64,000 nt of DNA, from contig JAUCBJ010009074.1 of the NCBI GenBank assembly GCA_032718475.1, positions 1 through 64,000 on the forward strand. The letters are read 5' to 3'. Position numbers and translations under genes: made by a program. Origin of the DNA: Nemertoderma westbladi. Taxonomy: Eukaryota; Animalia; Xenacoelomorpha. This document shows, one piece after another, positions 30,001-42,606 of this stretch (positions are counted from its first letter, which is position 1; each line of letters begins with the position of its first letter). The notes below the pieces were generated by a model. It searched no databases and was not told where the DNA came from. It saw only the letters and a program-made list of their open reading frames with translations.

Positions 30001-33000
30001 TTTTTTTCAAAAACCACATCGATTTTCATATTTATAACTTCTAATCCACTCCACGAGATAGAGAATCTTAAACAAAAGTCATAAGAACAGGTAACACTTT
30101 CCTTTATAGAAGCTGTTATTTGCTTCGTCTTTCCCCAGGAGATGGATGAACTTTGATTGCGTCGGAACACCCCCTTTTTGAGGCTCTCAGAGTGGAGAGA
30201 TAAGTAGCCTATCTCCCTGTTAATATTGTTGTGTTCTGGAATATTTATTATAGTTTCATCGTATTGCCAAAGCGGCTGGAGCCGAAGTTAATATGTGATA
30301 CAATAATTCACCTCAAATATCTCAGCTATTTCATGAACATAATGAAGTATTAAAGCCATGTCAAAATCCTTGGTGTTTTTCTGCAATAATTAATCAAAAT
30401 ATCCTCTGATTTTTTTCAAAAACCATATCGATTTTCATATTTATAACTTCTAACCCACTCCACGAGATAGATAATCTTAAATGAAAGTCATAAGAACAGG
30501 TAACACTTTCCTTTATAGAAGCTGTTATTTGCTTCGTCTTTCCCCAGGAGATGGATGAACTTTGATTGCGTCGGAACACCCCCTTTTTGAGGCTCTCAGA
30601 GTGGAGAGATAAGTAGCCTATCTCCCTGTTAATATTGTTGCGTTCTAGAATATTTATTATAGTTTAATCGTATTACCAAAGCGGCTGGAGCCGAAGTTAA
30701 TATGTAATACAATAACTCACCTCAAATATCTCAGTTTTTTCATGAACATAATGAAGTATTAAAGCCATGTCAAAATCCTTGGTGTTTTTCTGCAATAATT
30801 TATCAAAATCTCCTCCGATTTTTTACAAAAAACGACATCGATTTTCATATTCATGACTTCTATCCCAGTCCACAAGATAAAGAATCTTAAACGAAAGTCA
30901 AGAAACAGGTAACACTTACATTTATAGAAGTTATCAGCTGTTATTTGCTTCATCTTCCCCTGGAGATGGTTGAATTTTGATTGAGTCAAAACACGCCTCC
31001 CTATCTGTGGCTGTCTGAGTGGAGAGATAAGTAGCCTATCTCCATGTTAATATTGTTGTGTTCTAGAATATTTATTATAGTTTCATCGTATTGCTAAAGT
31101 GGCTGGAGTTAAAGTTATTATGTAATGCAATAATTCACCTCAAATATCTCAGTTTTTTCATGAACATAATGAAGTATTAAAGCCATGTCAAAATCCTTGG
31201 GGTTTTTCAGCAATAATTTATCAAAAGATCCTCAGATTTTTTACAAAAAACGACATCGATTTTCATATTCATATCTTCTAACCCACTCCACAAGATAAAG
31301 AATCTTAAATGAAAGTCAAAGGAGCAGGTAACACTTACATTTATAGAAGTAATCAGCTGTTCTTTGCTTCGTCTTTCCCCTGGAGATGGATGAATTTTGA
31401 TTGCGTCGGAACACCCCGTTTTTGAGGCTCTCAGATTGAAGAGATAAGTAGCCTATCTCCCTGTTAATATTGTTGTGTTCTAGAATATTATTAAAGTTTC
31501 ATCATATTGCCAAAGCGGCTGGAGCCAAAGTTAATATGTAATACAATAATTCACCTCAAATATCTCAGCTATTTCATGAACATAATGAAGTATTAAAGCC
31601 ATGTCAAAATCCTTGGTGTTTTTCAGCAATAATTAATCAAAATATCCTTTGATTTTTTTCAAAAACCACATCGATTTTTATATTTATAACTTCTAACTCA
31701 CTCTTTGAGATAGCGAATCTTAAATGAAAGTCAAAAGAACAGGTAACACTTACATTTATAGAAGTAATCAGCTGTTCTTTGCTTCGTCTTTCCCCTGGAA
31801 ATGGATTAATTTTAATTGCGTCGGAACACCCCCTTTTTGAGGCTGTCAGAGTGAAGAGATAAGTAGCCTATCTCCCTGTTAATATTGTTGTGTTCTAGAA
31901 TATTTATTATAGTTTCATCGTATTGCCAAAGCGGCTGGAGCCAAAGTTAATATGTAATGCAATAATTCACCTCAAATATCTCTGCTATTTCATGAATATA
32001 ATGAGTATTAAATCCTTGTCAAAATCCTTGGTGTTTTTCAGCAATAATTTATTAAAATCTCCTCTGATTTTTTACTAAAAACGACATCGATTATCATATT
32101 CATGACTTCTAACCCAATCCAAGAGATCGACAATCTTCAACGAATGTCTAAAGAACAGGTAACACTTACATTATAGAAGTAATCAGCTATTCTTTGCTTC
32201 GTCTTTCCCCTGGAGATGGATGAATTTTGATTGCGTCGGAACACCCCGTTTTTGAGGCTCTAAGAATGAAGAGATAAGTAGCCTATTTCCATGTTAATAT
32301 TGTTGTGTTCTAGAATATTTATTATAGTTTCATCGTATTGCCAAAGCGGCTGGAGCCAAAGTTAATATGTAATACAATAATTCACCTCAAATTTCTCAGC
32401 TATTTCATGAATATAATGAGTATTAAAGCCATGTCAAAATTCTTGGGGGTTTTCAGCAATAATTTATCAAAATATCCTCTGATTTTTTTCAAAAACCACA
32501 TCGATTTTCATATTTATAACTTCTAACCCACTCCACGAGATAGAGAATCTTAAATGAAAGTCAAAAGAGCAGGTAACACTTACATTTATAGAAGTAATCA
32601 GCTGGTCTTTGCTTCGTCTTTCCCCTGGAGATGGATGAATTTTGATTGCGTCGGAACACCCCCTTTTTGAGGCTCTCAGAGTGAAGAGATAAGTATCCTA
32701 TCTCCCTGTTAATATTGTTGTGTTCTAGAATATTTATTATAGATTCATCGTATTGCCAAAGAGACTGGAGCTGAAGTTAATATATAATGCAACAATTCAC
32801 CTCAAGTATCTCACCTATTTCATGAACATAATGAAGTATTAAAGCCATGTCATAATCCTTGGTGTTTTTCAGCAATAATTAATCAAAATATCCTTTGATT
32901 TTTTTCAAAAACCACATCGATTTTCATATTTATAACTTCTAACCCACTCCATGAGATAGCGAATCTTAAATGAAAGTCAAAAGAACAGGTAACACTTACA

Positions 33001-33642
33001 TTTATAGAAGTAATCAGCTGTTCTTTGCTTCGTCTTTCCCCTGGAGATGGATGAAATTTGATTGCGTCGGAACACCCCGTTTTTGAGGATCTCAGAGTGA
33101 AGAGATAAGTAGCCTATCTCCCTGTTAATATTGTTGTGTTCTAGAATATTTATTATAGTTGCATCGTATTGCCAAAGCGGCTGGAGCCGAAGTTAATATG
33201 TAATACAATAACTCACCTCAAATATCTCAGTTTTTTCATGAACATAATGAAGTATTAAAGCCATGTCAAAATCCTTGGTGTTTTTCTGCCATAATTTATC
33301 AAAATCTCCTCTGATTTTTTACAAAAAACGACATCGATTTTCATATTCATGACTTCTAACCCAGTCAACAAGATAAAGAATCTTAAACGAAGGTCAAAAA
33401 AAGGGTAACACTTACATTTATAGAAGTTATCAGCTATTAATTGCTTCGTCTTCCCCTGGAGATGTTTGAATTTTGATTGTGTCAAAACACCCTTCCCTAT
33501 CTGTGGCTGTCTGAGTGGAGAGATAAATAGCCTATCTCCATGTTAATATTGTTGTGTTCTAGAATATTTATTATAGTTTCATCGTATTGCTAAAGTGGCT
33601 GGAGTTAAAGTTATTATGTAATGCAATAATTCACCTCAAATA
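1..33642. repeat. Tandem satellite DNA array, ~416-bp AT-rich monomer (~80 copies), with higher-order blocks; open at the left window edge
   Basis: TAACTTCTAACCCACTCC at 5 and 421; GTAGCCTATCTC at 181, 597, 965 and onward; near-identical spurious ORFs recur at 416-bp and larger offsets; array stops abruptly mid-monomer after ...TCACCTCAAATA at 33642. Confidence 0.98.
21592..21691. other. Assembly gap (100 N, placeholder size)
   Basis: Run of exactly 100 N inside the satellite. Confidence 0.99.
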
Positions 33643-34672
33643 GTCAAGTAGACAGTACCGACCACCGTTCAAATTGGGTATGACTGCAGTTTTTTTTGCT
33701 GAAAGTGTTAACTTGTATAAACCATTTGAAATTATGTTATATTTCACATAGTCCGCATTGAGCAATTTTTTCTAGAACCCTATTTATCTTAACGACAGAT
33801 GTTTTACATAGCAACAATAATGAATTAACACGCAGGGGTATATTTATCTATTTAGACACTGGTCAATCATAAATAAGGAGAAACCAAGCTCGAGAAAATA
33901 ATTTTCAGTGGACCGTGAAATGAAAGGTTAAAGACTGTCGATGAAACAACTTCTGCATTTGCAGTAATTAATTTTAGTTGAATGTTTGATGATAAATTTA
34001 TTTACACGTTATCACAGTCCTTGTTCGCACACTTACAATAAAAATTGAAAGCCCAATTTACAAATTGCTCCCACATCCAACCAAAGTTTGTAGGCTATAG
34101 TGGCGGCTGCCGGCTGCATATTATCTACAGTCGCTCTCCAGAATAATACTTGCGAGCCCGCTCTTCTTATATTCATTCTTGACTGCTGCAGTTTCCTTTA
34201 ATTCTAAATTTTACATCTGAAATAAATAATACTTTCATTATATTTTGTGCAAGATATTCGCAATGCTAGGTCAGCTTTGCAGGAATTAAAAGTTCTAGGA
34301 ATTCGAATAATATATCAATATCTGCATTATACAATAGTAAAAAAAGCCAATCGAACAGTCGGACTGAAGGCATCTCTTCGAAGATAGGGAGGGCCTTTTG
34401 TCGCAATCAAAATTCATCCCTCTCCAGGGAAAAATCGACGCAAATAACAGCCTACTCCCAAAAATAAAACTGTAACCTGTTCTGTTGACTTTCGTTTATC
34501 ATTTTGGTTAGAATAACGTGCCACTGTAACATGCTTCTGTCTCCCTCTTCAGTAGCTGCTACCCGCGGACCCGAAGGTATGACTGGTGCTACTCGTATCC
34601 CAAGGTTTGTTCCCAGTAATTCAACAGGTACTCATTTTATCGACCCCAGTGAATGAAAGAAGGTCGAGCAGA

Positions 34673-35300
34673 ATGAGAACCAACCTGTTGAAACTTAGAA
34701 AGTCACTAAAGATTGCTACAATGAACGCACGCACTCTAAAACTGCTTAGCAAACATTATTGCAGCTCTGGCAATGGAATATTACATCGACATCATTTGTA
34801 TTCAAGAATATCAGATTAGTCATGAGACATTGCCATCAAGTATAATGAATGACATTTGAAATGGACGTTTATAACGTCCATCCACTTCCAGTCTGCAAAT
34901 TCAGCAGAAAGCAATTCGGTCAAAGTTTCAATTGGTTGAGTATGAATTCTCCTAAGTCCATTTACACTTCTGACACTAAACCCCATCGAATATAAAAATT
35001 CCAGGATCATAAACTAATATAATTACAACATTTTTGGTGGGAATCACAAGACAACAGCAATGTGTTGCTACAATCCAACCAATAATGCATCAGAGACAGA
35101 ACAAACAGTCAAGGACTAGAAGATTTGAAAGGGCTTATAAAGTTATTGATACCTACAAACACCACATTCGAAAAGAGTAAGGATGGACATTTAACTGCGA
35201 GGCATACAGTAGTCAGCTCGTTCAACCTAATTTGTTCGGACCGGACCAGACTGCAGAGCTCAGACTCAGTTTGAGAGCCAGTAAACTCAGGACAAGAAAC
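34673..35300 (+). pseudogene. Degraded APE-endonuclease region of an RTE-type non-LTR retrotransposon
   Basis: Successive APE motifs across stops and frameshifts: LKIATMNARTL, IDIICIQE, GV*ILLSP, FGGNHKTTAMCCYNPTN, TNTTFEK..WTF, ICSDR. Confidence 0.75.
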
Positions 35301-36246
35301 TCAGGAGAAGATGTTAAGATACTCCTACTCCAAAGTAAAAACTGAACAACCAGCAGCCGAAAACATCAACAAGGTTGAGAAAGCTAAACAACTAGGCACC
35401 TGCCGAACTCCAAAGAAGTATTAAAAGCATGTCCAATTATAAAGGACAAATGATCAAGGACATCAAGGACAAAATCAAATGATTCTATATAGGATTAGGC
35501 CTCACATAGATAATGTTACTCTTTTATGTTGCGTTTTATTCACATTTTTTTTTAAATAGGCCTATGTTATAAACAAATAAAGTTGAAAAAATATTTCTAT
35601 CATAACAAAAAAAATCTGCCATATTTTAAAATAAATAAATAAAATCTGAAATATTAAAAAAAAAAATACAATATTGTATAAATGTTGGGTAACGGCAATA
35701 TGTTCCAGAACATTAATATATATCAAAACTTAAAAATAGCTACATAAAAAGTATTATAAAATGATCAATAATGCTTGATAGGGCCGTGGTGATGGAGACG
35801 TTTTAAATTTATTTTCCAACAACAATTGTAAAGCGAAAATACAAATCTTTTTAAATATAAGTATTATACAATATTCTATATATTAAATGGTGGTGTAAAT
35901 TAAGTATATTACCTTTAAAATTGACGTAACAACTTCGATAGAATCGGGTTCCCAAAATAGTTAGGTCTTCAAGCTCACCATCTCCAAAATCCAACGGAAT
36001 CTTCAAATTTTCAGCTAATTCTTCGTATCGTGTCTTGTTTCGCAAATGGCAAAAGTCCTTTCTCGTATTGCTATCGATGCATTTTTCTAGCTTTTCCATC
36101 TATTGGATTTTTTGGATCTATCGCCTTACATAAGGCGGTAGATCCAGATAAGGCAATCATTCTCAAAACTAAATGTCACTATTACTCACAATATTTTTTA
36201 ATTATTTTAGTCAAAGCACTCGTCGCCTCCAACTCTCTTTAAGGTT

Positions 36247-36346
36247 ATTTTCATTGCCTAAATGTAACTTATTACTGCAGTGTTTTGAATCATAATAAAT
36301 TTTCATTGCCTAAATGTAACTTATTACTGCAATGTTTTGAATCATA
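36247..36346. repeat. Two-copy 52-bp tandem duplication
   Basis: TTTTCATTGCCTAAATGTAACTTATTACTGCA(G/A)TGTTTTGAATCATA occurs twice, 52 bp apart. Confidence 0.9.
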
Positions 36347-37982
36347 AAAACATAATATTCTAGAATGTTTAATGTTGTTGCTAACACATTCTCTACATAG
36401 ATTAACATTTTTTTGGTAATTTTGTTATGATTTTATCCTCCAAACAAACGGCAATAAAAAAAATTGCTCAACCTTTCCCAAAGTCTTTATAGCGAAAATG
36501 TATTGTTATAATGTGGAACAACATCATGAGCAAATAAAATTGCAGTCATACGCTGGAGAACGGTTCGTCAGTAAAATGTACCAAGCGTCTACTCGACTAT
36601 AATGAGATATAATTAAGTCACTAGCGTTGCCTCGATTATTCTCTTTCTGATTACCCATGGTGGACTCATTACGTACATCTTACATCCTTTAATTACTATA
36701 GTAGGCCTATAGTTAAGTAGTTGATGAGTGACACCCATCCTACAGTCGTATACAACTTCCACCTTGTGACTACTGGAATACTGTACCGGTATTGCAGTAT
36801 TGATTTTCACCAATTATATAAGTTAAGTTAGTTTAATATTCGAAAATTTCACGGATAAATCACAACTGAACTCATTATAAAGCAACTGACAGTTTATGAT
36901 ACAGAATATACCGGTACAGCTCAACATTATTGCACAGTTTAGGCTAAATAAACGTAATTCTGTAGTCCTACCGGTCCGGCTCGGTATACAGAAAGAATAG
37001 CCCATGTTGGAACCGAAACATCTTCCCCTGAATTCAAGATCCGGAATTAAATTCAGAAACCCAGCTACATCACTGCGGGAATAAACAACACAATTTAGAC
37101 TGAAATGGTACAAAAAGCCAAATACAGTAATACTATTACAGGAAATTAGGCCTACAGTAGAGTATGTACTCACTATATTTAGGAAAATCTCCACTGGATG
37201 TTTGCGCCGTGGCTATAAATCGTACATAGGCCTACTGTATGTTATATAACGCTGCCATTTATACATTATCAGCACTTATTTCATTAGGCCTACAGCTCGG
37301 GTGGTTTGCTCACTTGCTGAAGGTTTACGAACATTAACTTCTTATATAAGATAACATAACATACACTATACACATGTCCTGGAATATACAGTCGTAATTC
37401 AGTCACATGTCCCACCCCCACCACCCACCCCCAATTTTTTTACAAATCTTAATGAGATTTCATGGAATTTGAAACATAGATAATTTCACCTCCCTCCTCT
37501 GTTATACCACATATAACGTGTACTGATATAATGATAACGTGTACTAACGATGCATTAACTGAACAAGAACTAGGCTACTCGTTATGATAACAAATTAAAC
37601 TATAACAGTACTATAGAACGTAGGCCAACCGGTAAATCTCCCCCACAACCCCTCACTAACCTGCTCTCGCCTACCGGTACAATCCCTTTAGTATGCTCGT
37701 TATATCCCCACCTACAGTAGCGCACACGTTTCACATTTTTTCCATTTCTGAACAACTTATTACAATCTTGTTCATTAAATTTGCATTAACAGCTCAAATA
37801 CAATTCATTTATTTAATGGATGATACACACAGGGTAGTATGTTATGTAGTAGAAATTGCATATATTGTGACATAACAAAGGTAACTGGTAGCTGAGTCGG
37901 TGCTAATCGATAACTTTCACTCATTGCATCCATGCACATTGGAATCGTGTACTTGGCCCACCTTGTTTGATTTTCCTCGCAG

Positions 37983-38482
37983 TCGAATTGTCGAGCTCGA
38001 GAGTGTATTTGATAGACTCGATGATGAAAATAAAACTATTGCTCGATGCATGGCTAAGTTCGTGGGAGAAGATGGTGTAGACACTGGGGGAATTAGCGGG
38101 AACTCTTCAGTTTATTTTTTATGGAACAGACTGGAGAACTTTTTCGTGGTTCTTACCCGAATTATACATTTCAGCATAACATTGGAGCTCTCGAACGGTT
38201 TGAACATTTAGGTACGATGACGGCCTTGGCACTGATAAATGGTTTCCCAGGACCCCATTTCCTTACTAAATCCGATGGATTTACCATGGATCATGGATTT
38301 ACCGCATATCGTGGGATGACATAAATGGTAAGATTAAGTATATTATTTCAGCGGAGGTTGAGATCTTATTTTTAAAAAATACTGATTAACATTGTCGAGC
38401 GTTTCGACATGGGTGTTACATCTGCCTCATTAAATTTCTCCGAAAAAGAACATGTAGTCCAACTACTGTGGAGACATCTAAA
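37983..38482 (+). pseudogene. HECT E3 ubiquitin-ligase fragment (G2E3-like), frameshifted
   Basis: Restoring one base near 38098 joins ORFs 37900 and 38121 into FVGEDGVDTGGIS(R)ELFSLFFMEQTGELFRG...FEHLGTMTALALINGFPGPHFL, the HECT N-lobe GExGxDxGG..REFF motif plus the G2E3-type GxPGPxFL motif. Flanked by a pyrimidine-rich AG (37981-82) and GTAAG (38483). Confidence 0.75.
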
Positions 38483-40017
38483 GTAAGTTGGAGTAGTTGG
38501 AAAAATAATGGGCGATTTTAAATCAAAACTAAAACCGTACTGTATTTATTCAAATTATAAGTTCCGGTAGGACTACTGTTATACATAGTTGTGTAGTAGT
38601 ACAGTAGTAGTTGTAACAGCGTTTGGTTTGATTGTTAAGAAAGAAACTCTTTTATTTTTGTTATATGGAAGCTGGTTTGATTGTTATATACAGTAGTACA
38701 GGCCACCAGAAAAAGCTGATTTCATCAAATGTGATCACAAGTGAACACATTTGATCAAGTAACCTGAATGGCAGGTCAGGTCACTACACTAATTCAATGG
38801 CGAGTTATCTTCTAGAGCCCACAGCAGGAGGCTGACTTGCTGGGACTGACAAAAGCTTTGTGTGTGGTGCGCCTGTATGTCTGATATCAGGTAGATGAGA
38901 GAGTCCCCAAGGCGTAACATTACAGATATCGCGGCACCCACCGATATACTTGAAAGACAAATTCTAGAATCAGTGGTTAACGTCCCCAGACAAGTTCTGG
39001 AATAAATCGGTGCCCATCTCAAATATTAATTATTTAATATTTGCAAATCTAATAAATCAAAATCTGTAAAATTCAGATCCTTCAACAATTCTAGTCAATT
39101 AAGATATCGTAGCATTTACCGATATTCTTAAAAAGACAATTTTCATAGAATTAAGGATCTTGTGTCCCCAGACATGTTCTAGAATCAAAATATGTCAATT
39201 TAATTATCAAATAATAAAATTTCAGGGAATAAATTTAAATTCATGCCTTTTAATGAATTTAATAAATTGCCATTTTTACGCAATTTATAACATTCCCAAA
39301 ATTCCATTAATTAATAGATCAAGGGAGCGGAGATTTAACTTATTATGCGTATGAGTGTGCGAAAGTCTCCCAAACATAGTCAATAGCCGATAAAATTCAT
39401 AAAGTCATGTATAAAACAGGACATTGACCATTAAAGAATTACTATTAAATAACATCCCAGAGCTGTATGCATTGGAATTACCCTAATTCTACCGCTAGCT
39501 TTGCATAATGTCACCATAGCAACAACCACGCTAGAATTAGAATTGAGTTAAAAGAACAATAGACAGCTTGTCCCATTGAATAGCATAGGGAATAAATAGC
39601 GCACTGCTAGTATCCAAGGATACATGATAATAACGTGACATTCTGGAAGGCATTGACTAACGGACAAGTGACCCGAGTGTGTGTAATTTGTGACAAGTTG
39701 TGTGTGTGGTATTTGTGAGTTTATAGGCGAATGTTACTACTAAGGTGTGTTTACAGTAGCGAGTCGCAATTGTGAAAGTAACCCTAACTCTCCAGTAAGA
39801 ACCTGAGGTGTATCTAAGCCTTTGGGACGGACAGTCGAGTGACTTGTGCCGGTTGTCGTTGTCGTTGTGCGGCTACGTCGTTGGCGAAAGTACAGCGGCG
39901 ACGACACATCGGTGCTGAGGATCTCGCACTGTCCGGGGGCTGATTGGGGTAGGCAGCGACGCTCGCTAGCCTAAATATAAACTCATTATAATATGGATAA
40001 ACTCATATATAGCAGAT

Positions 40018-41190
40018 ATGACGGAGTTGATAGAAGATGGTCTTGGTATCGGGGAGCGATATACTCTACTTTCAAACGTTTGTTGATAGCTTGATACGCG
40101 GTGATACTAGTCCAACTACTACGAAGGATGATGGTCGTTATATCGAACCTACGATTTCCTGGAAGTAACTTACGCGTGAATTGGACTATGGAAAATTCAC
40201 CGCTCGCTACACGCATTGTAATGGTATGTATATGGACTTCTTAACCATTGGCCATTCTATCGATTTACACGATACGGACTATGTCGAACATATCCTACCC
40301 AGAGGTGTCGAAACGATAAACCAAAATTCTAATGCGAAAATCCTATTCGAAATCGACTCGAAAGAAAAGACATTAAAGAAACAAATAAAAGCGGTAACTC
40401 CAACATATATTTGGAATTCTTGATAGAAGCATTGTAACAACAAATAAATATCACCCGCGTTTCTCCTTCAAGACGTGCGTCTTTGGTATTATTACGATAA
40501 ATGCCCTAGACCCAGCCAATAAACGGAAAGACATAAACATCCACGGAAACGTTGTGTTAAACACAGTTGTGTTCGTTATATTTACTGGAGTTTCGAGCGA
40601 AACTTGTTTGACGTATCACCTATGCTCACTCGGCTCGAACGATCCTGGAGTAAACCTACGATCAGAGTCCCGGAATACTCGGTCAAACCTCCTCATTCCT
40701 TAGTTGGACCTCAGACCTGCGATCCTGGTGGTGTCGCGGATCCTCGCGGACTGTATTCACTGTTCAAAGATCTAGTGCTACCCTAACAATTAATCGGTAA
40801 CACTCCGACAGTGATTTCTAGCTAGCTGCCCATCTTACCTAGCCGGATTGTGACGCGGACACCTAATATCACTATCCAACTGTATGGTCGTCCCCGTTTA
40901 ACGCGATACAACCCTTCATCAAGGTGAAGGAGAGCGTTGTACGAAACGAGTTAAACGCTATTCTATAAAGATCAAAAAAGAAACCTGCGTTTGTTCAGAT
41001 AAACGTAAGTTATAACAGTAAGTCCAATCGATAAACGAATTGGCCTTATCTCAGTTCGATTGGGAAATCTCGAATCTCTAAGAAGATATCAAGCTTAGAA
41101 AACCCTATTCTCTGCGAGAGTTTTGGACGAACGTATCCCATGACAAGCGGAGGAAAATCAGCTCGAGGAGAAGCATATCGAAATGGATGA
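40018..41190 (+). pseudogene. Unidentified degenerate intronless coding region
   Basis: Long, nearly continuous reading frame can be threaded through a few stops and frameshifts (includes ORFs 40181 and 40604). Preceded by CTGATTGG (~39940) and a TATA-like TATAAA (~39976). No family recognised. Confidence 0.35.
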
Positions 41191-41399
41191 GACACCGACC
41201 GTAAACCCAAACCTTCTAATGCAATTGTATTGCACCCTTTACCCAGGAGTTATAGCCTTTCTAGTAAAGTGGCTCGCCCCAAAGAGAAAAGGACTCTTGC
41301 TGGCCTCGGGAAACTGCGTGAACGCCGTCCGCGCAAGAAAAACTAACTGTTTAGAGTATCTTTATGTTTTAGAAACTGTGATTTTTATATTTTATAGAC

Positions 41400-41765
41400 T
41401 GAAAATCCCATTTTCTGGGAGCGGTGTAAAAGCCTTTGCTGAATTGCCCCGTTATTTTTCTTATTTTTCCATTAAAATACTCTGTAGTTGATTTAATAGG
41501 AGTAAGAGACCGTATTATTGCTGTATCGGTGTTTTTTAGAGGATCTAAGAGCTATTTCCTCCGTATGTGTACTGTGAAAGGCATAGTTGATGATTCTATG
41601 GCAATTCCGTGACGCAAAAGGTGATAGCTACTCTTGAACAGTAGTTACTATGACGACGGTTAACAGCTGATATTCATACGTGTCGATTTTCTTTGTTCTA
41701 CGGCGTCTCTCAGTTCAGTCAGCCAATCAGAGCATTTTTATGGCTCTTGTACAGAAATTTCCTAG
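41400..41765. mobile_element. Relic subterminal segment of a transposon related to the P element's right end (homologous to 63670-64000)
   Basis: Colinear similarity: GGTGTAAA.GC.TTTGC.GAATT, TACTCTGTAGTTG, GTATGTGTACT, TGACGAC..CAGCTG..ACGTGT..TTTCTTTGT, CCAATCAGAGC, TACAGAAA. Confidence 0.6.
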
Positions 41766-42606
41766 AAATCACGCAATGCGTTATGGGCAGTGTTTACATT
41801 CTGTCCTGAGCCAGGAGAGAGCGGCTTGGGAATATTTTGTGCTTTTCTGTTTTAGCCTAACACTAGTAGGCTTAATTATAAGGACATATATCCGTTATCA
41901 AACCAAACCTGACCTCACACTGGCCACTGGTTAACTGGCCCATACTCAATCAACGCAACATACCTAATCTAATATACCTGTGCATACTTTTATATTGTTA
42001 TACTGCTATTTACTGTCGGTTCTTCATAATATGGTTGATGAATTATTATATTTGGAATAACGATAAATAACCCCGAAAACCCAATATTCTTGATATACCG
42101 AAGGTAAGAGAGAAAGGTTACATATAACGATTGTGACTTATGTTAAAGTGGTTTGAAGTGAATCTAATGTTATTTGATAGACCCTACATGATTCGGTCCG
42201 TGTTCCTTTTATATGTGACTAAAATCAGTGAAGATCGGCAGATCAGTGTGCAGTATTGTGCAGCATTGTGTATGAGTGAGACTGATAACGAAGCATTTCC
42301 TAAAGAATGCGCCATATATGTGAATTGTAACTAAGCCATATCGTTGTGAGTAGTTTAAGTCATAACTCTGTTTATATAGATAGAGCGCCACGTCCTAAAG
42401 GAACTGTTAATATTCCCCGAAGGTGAATAATATTGTCAGAGATTATATAATACTGTCAGTCGAATAATACATTAGGCTTACATAGCAATACGATTAAGCC
42501 GTCGAACCCAATCTCCCGGGTATATCCAGCGGGTGAATGATCGCGCACCGATTGGTTTCGACTAGTGTAGTGAATCAAATACTTGTCAGAGGCTAAAAGT
42601 GATTTA

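Noticed and set aside
992-33485. Dozens of 60-94 aa ORFs in the satellite
   Set aside because: Chance frames of the repeated monomer, mostly non-ATG starts, appearing or vanishing with 1-bp indels; no domain.
1-33642. CRISPR-like or spacer-bearing array
   Set aside because: The whole monomer is repeated; there are no unique spacers and no cas genes, and the context is eukaryotic.
34340-34670. HDV-like ribozyme in the 5'UTR of the RTE relic
   Set aside because: Could not build the nested double pseudoknot by eye; needs a covariance/descriptor search.
35851-36099. ORF with RFYRSCYVNF, reminiscent of motifs in uncharacterised transposon-associated proteins
   Set aside because: One short motif, no supporting domains nearby.
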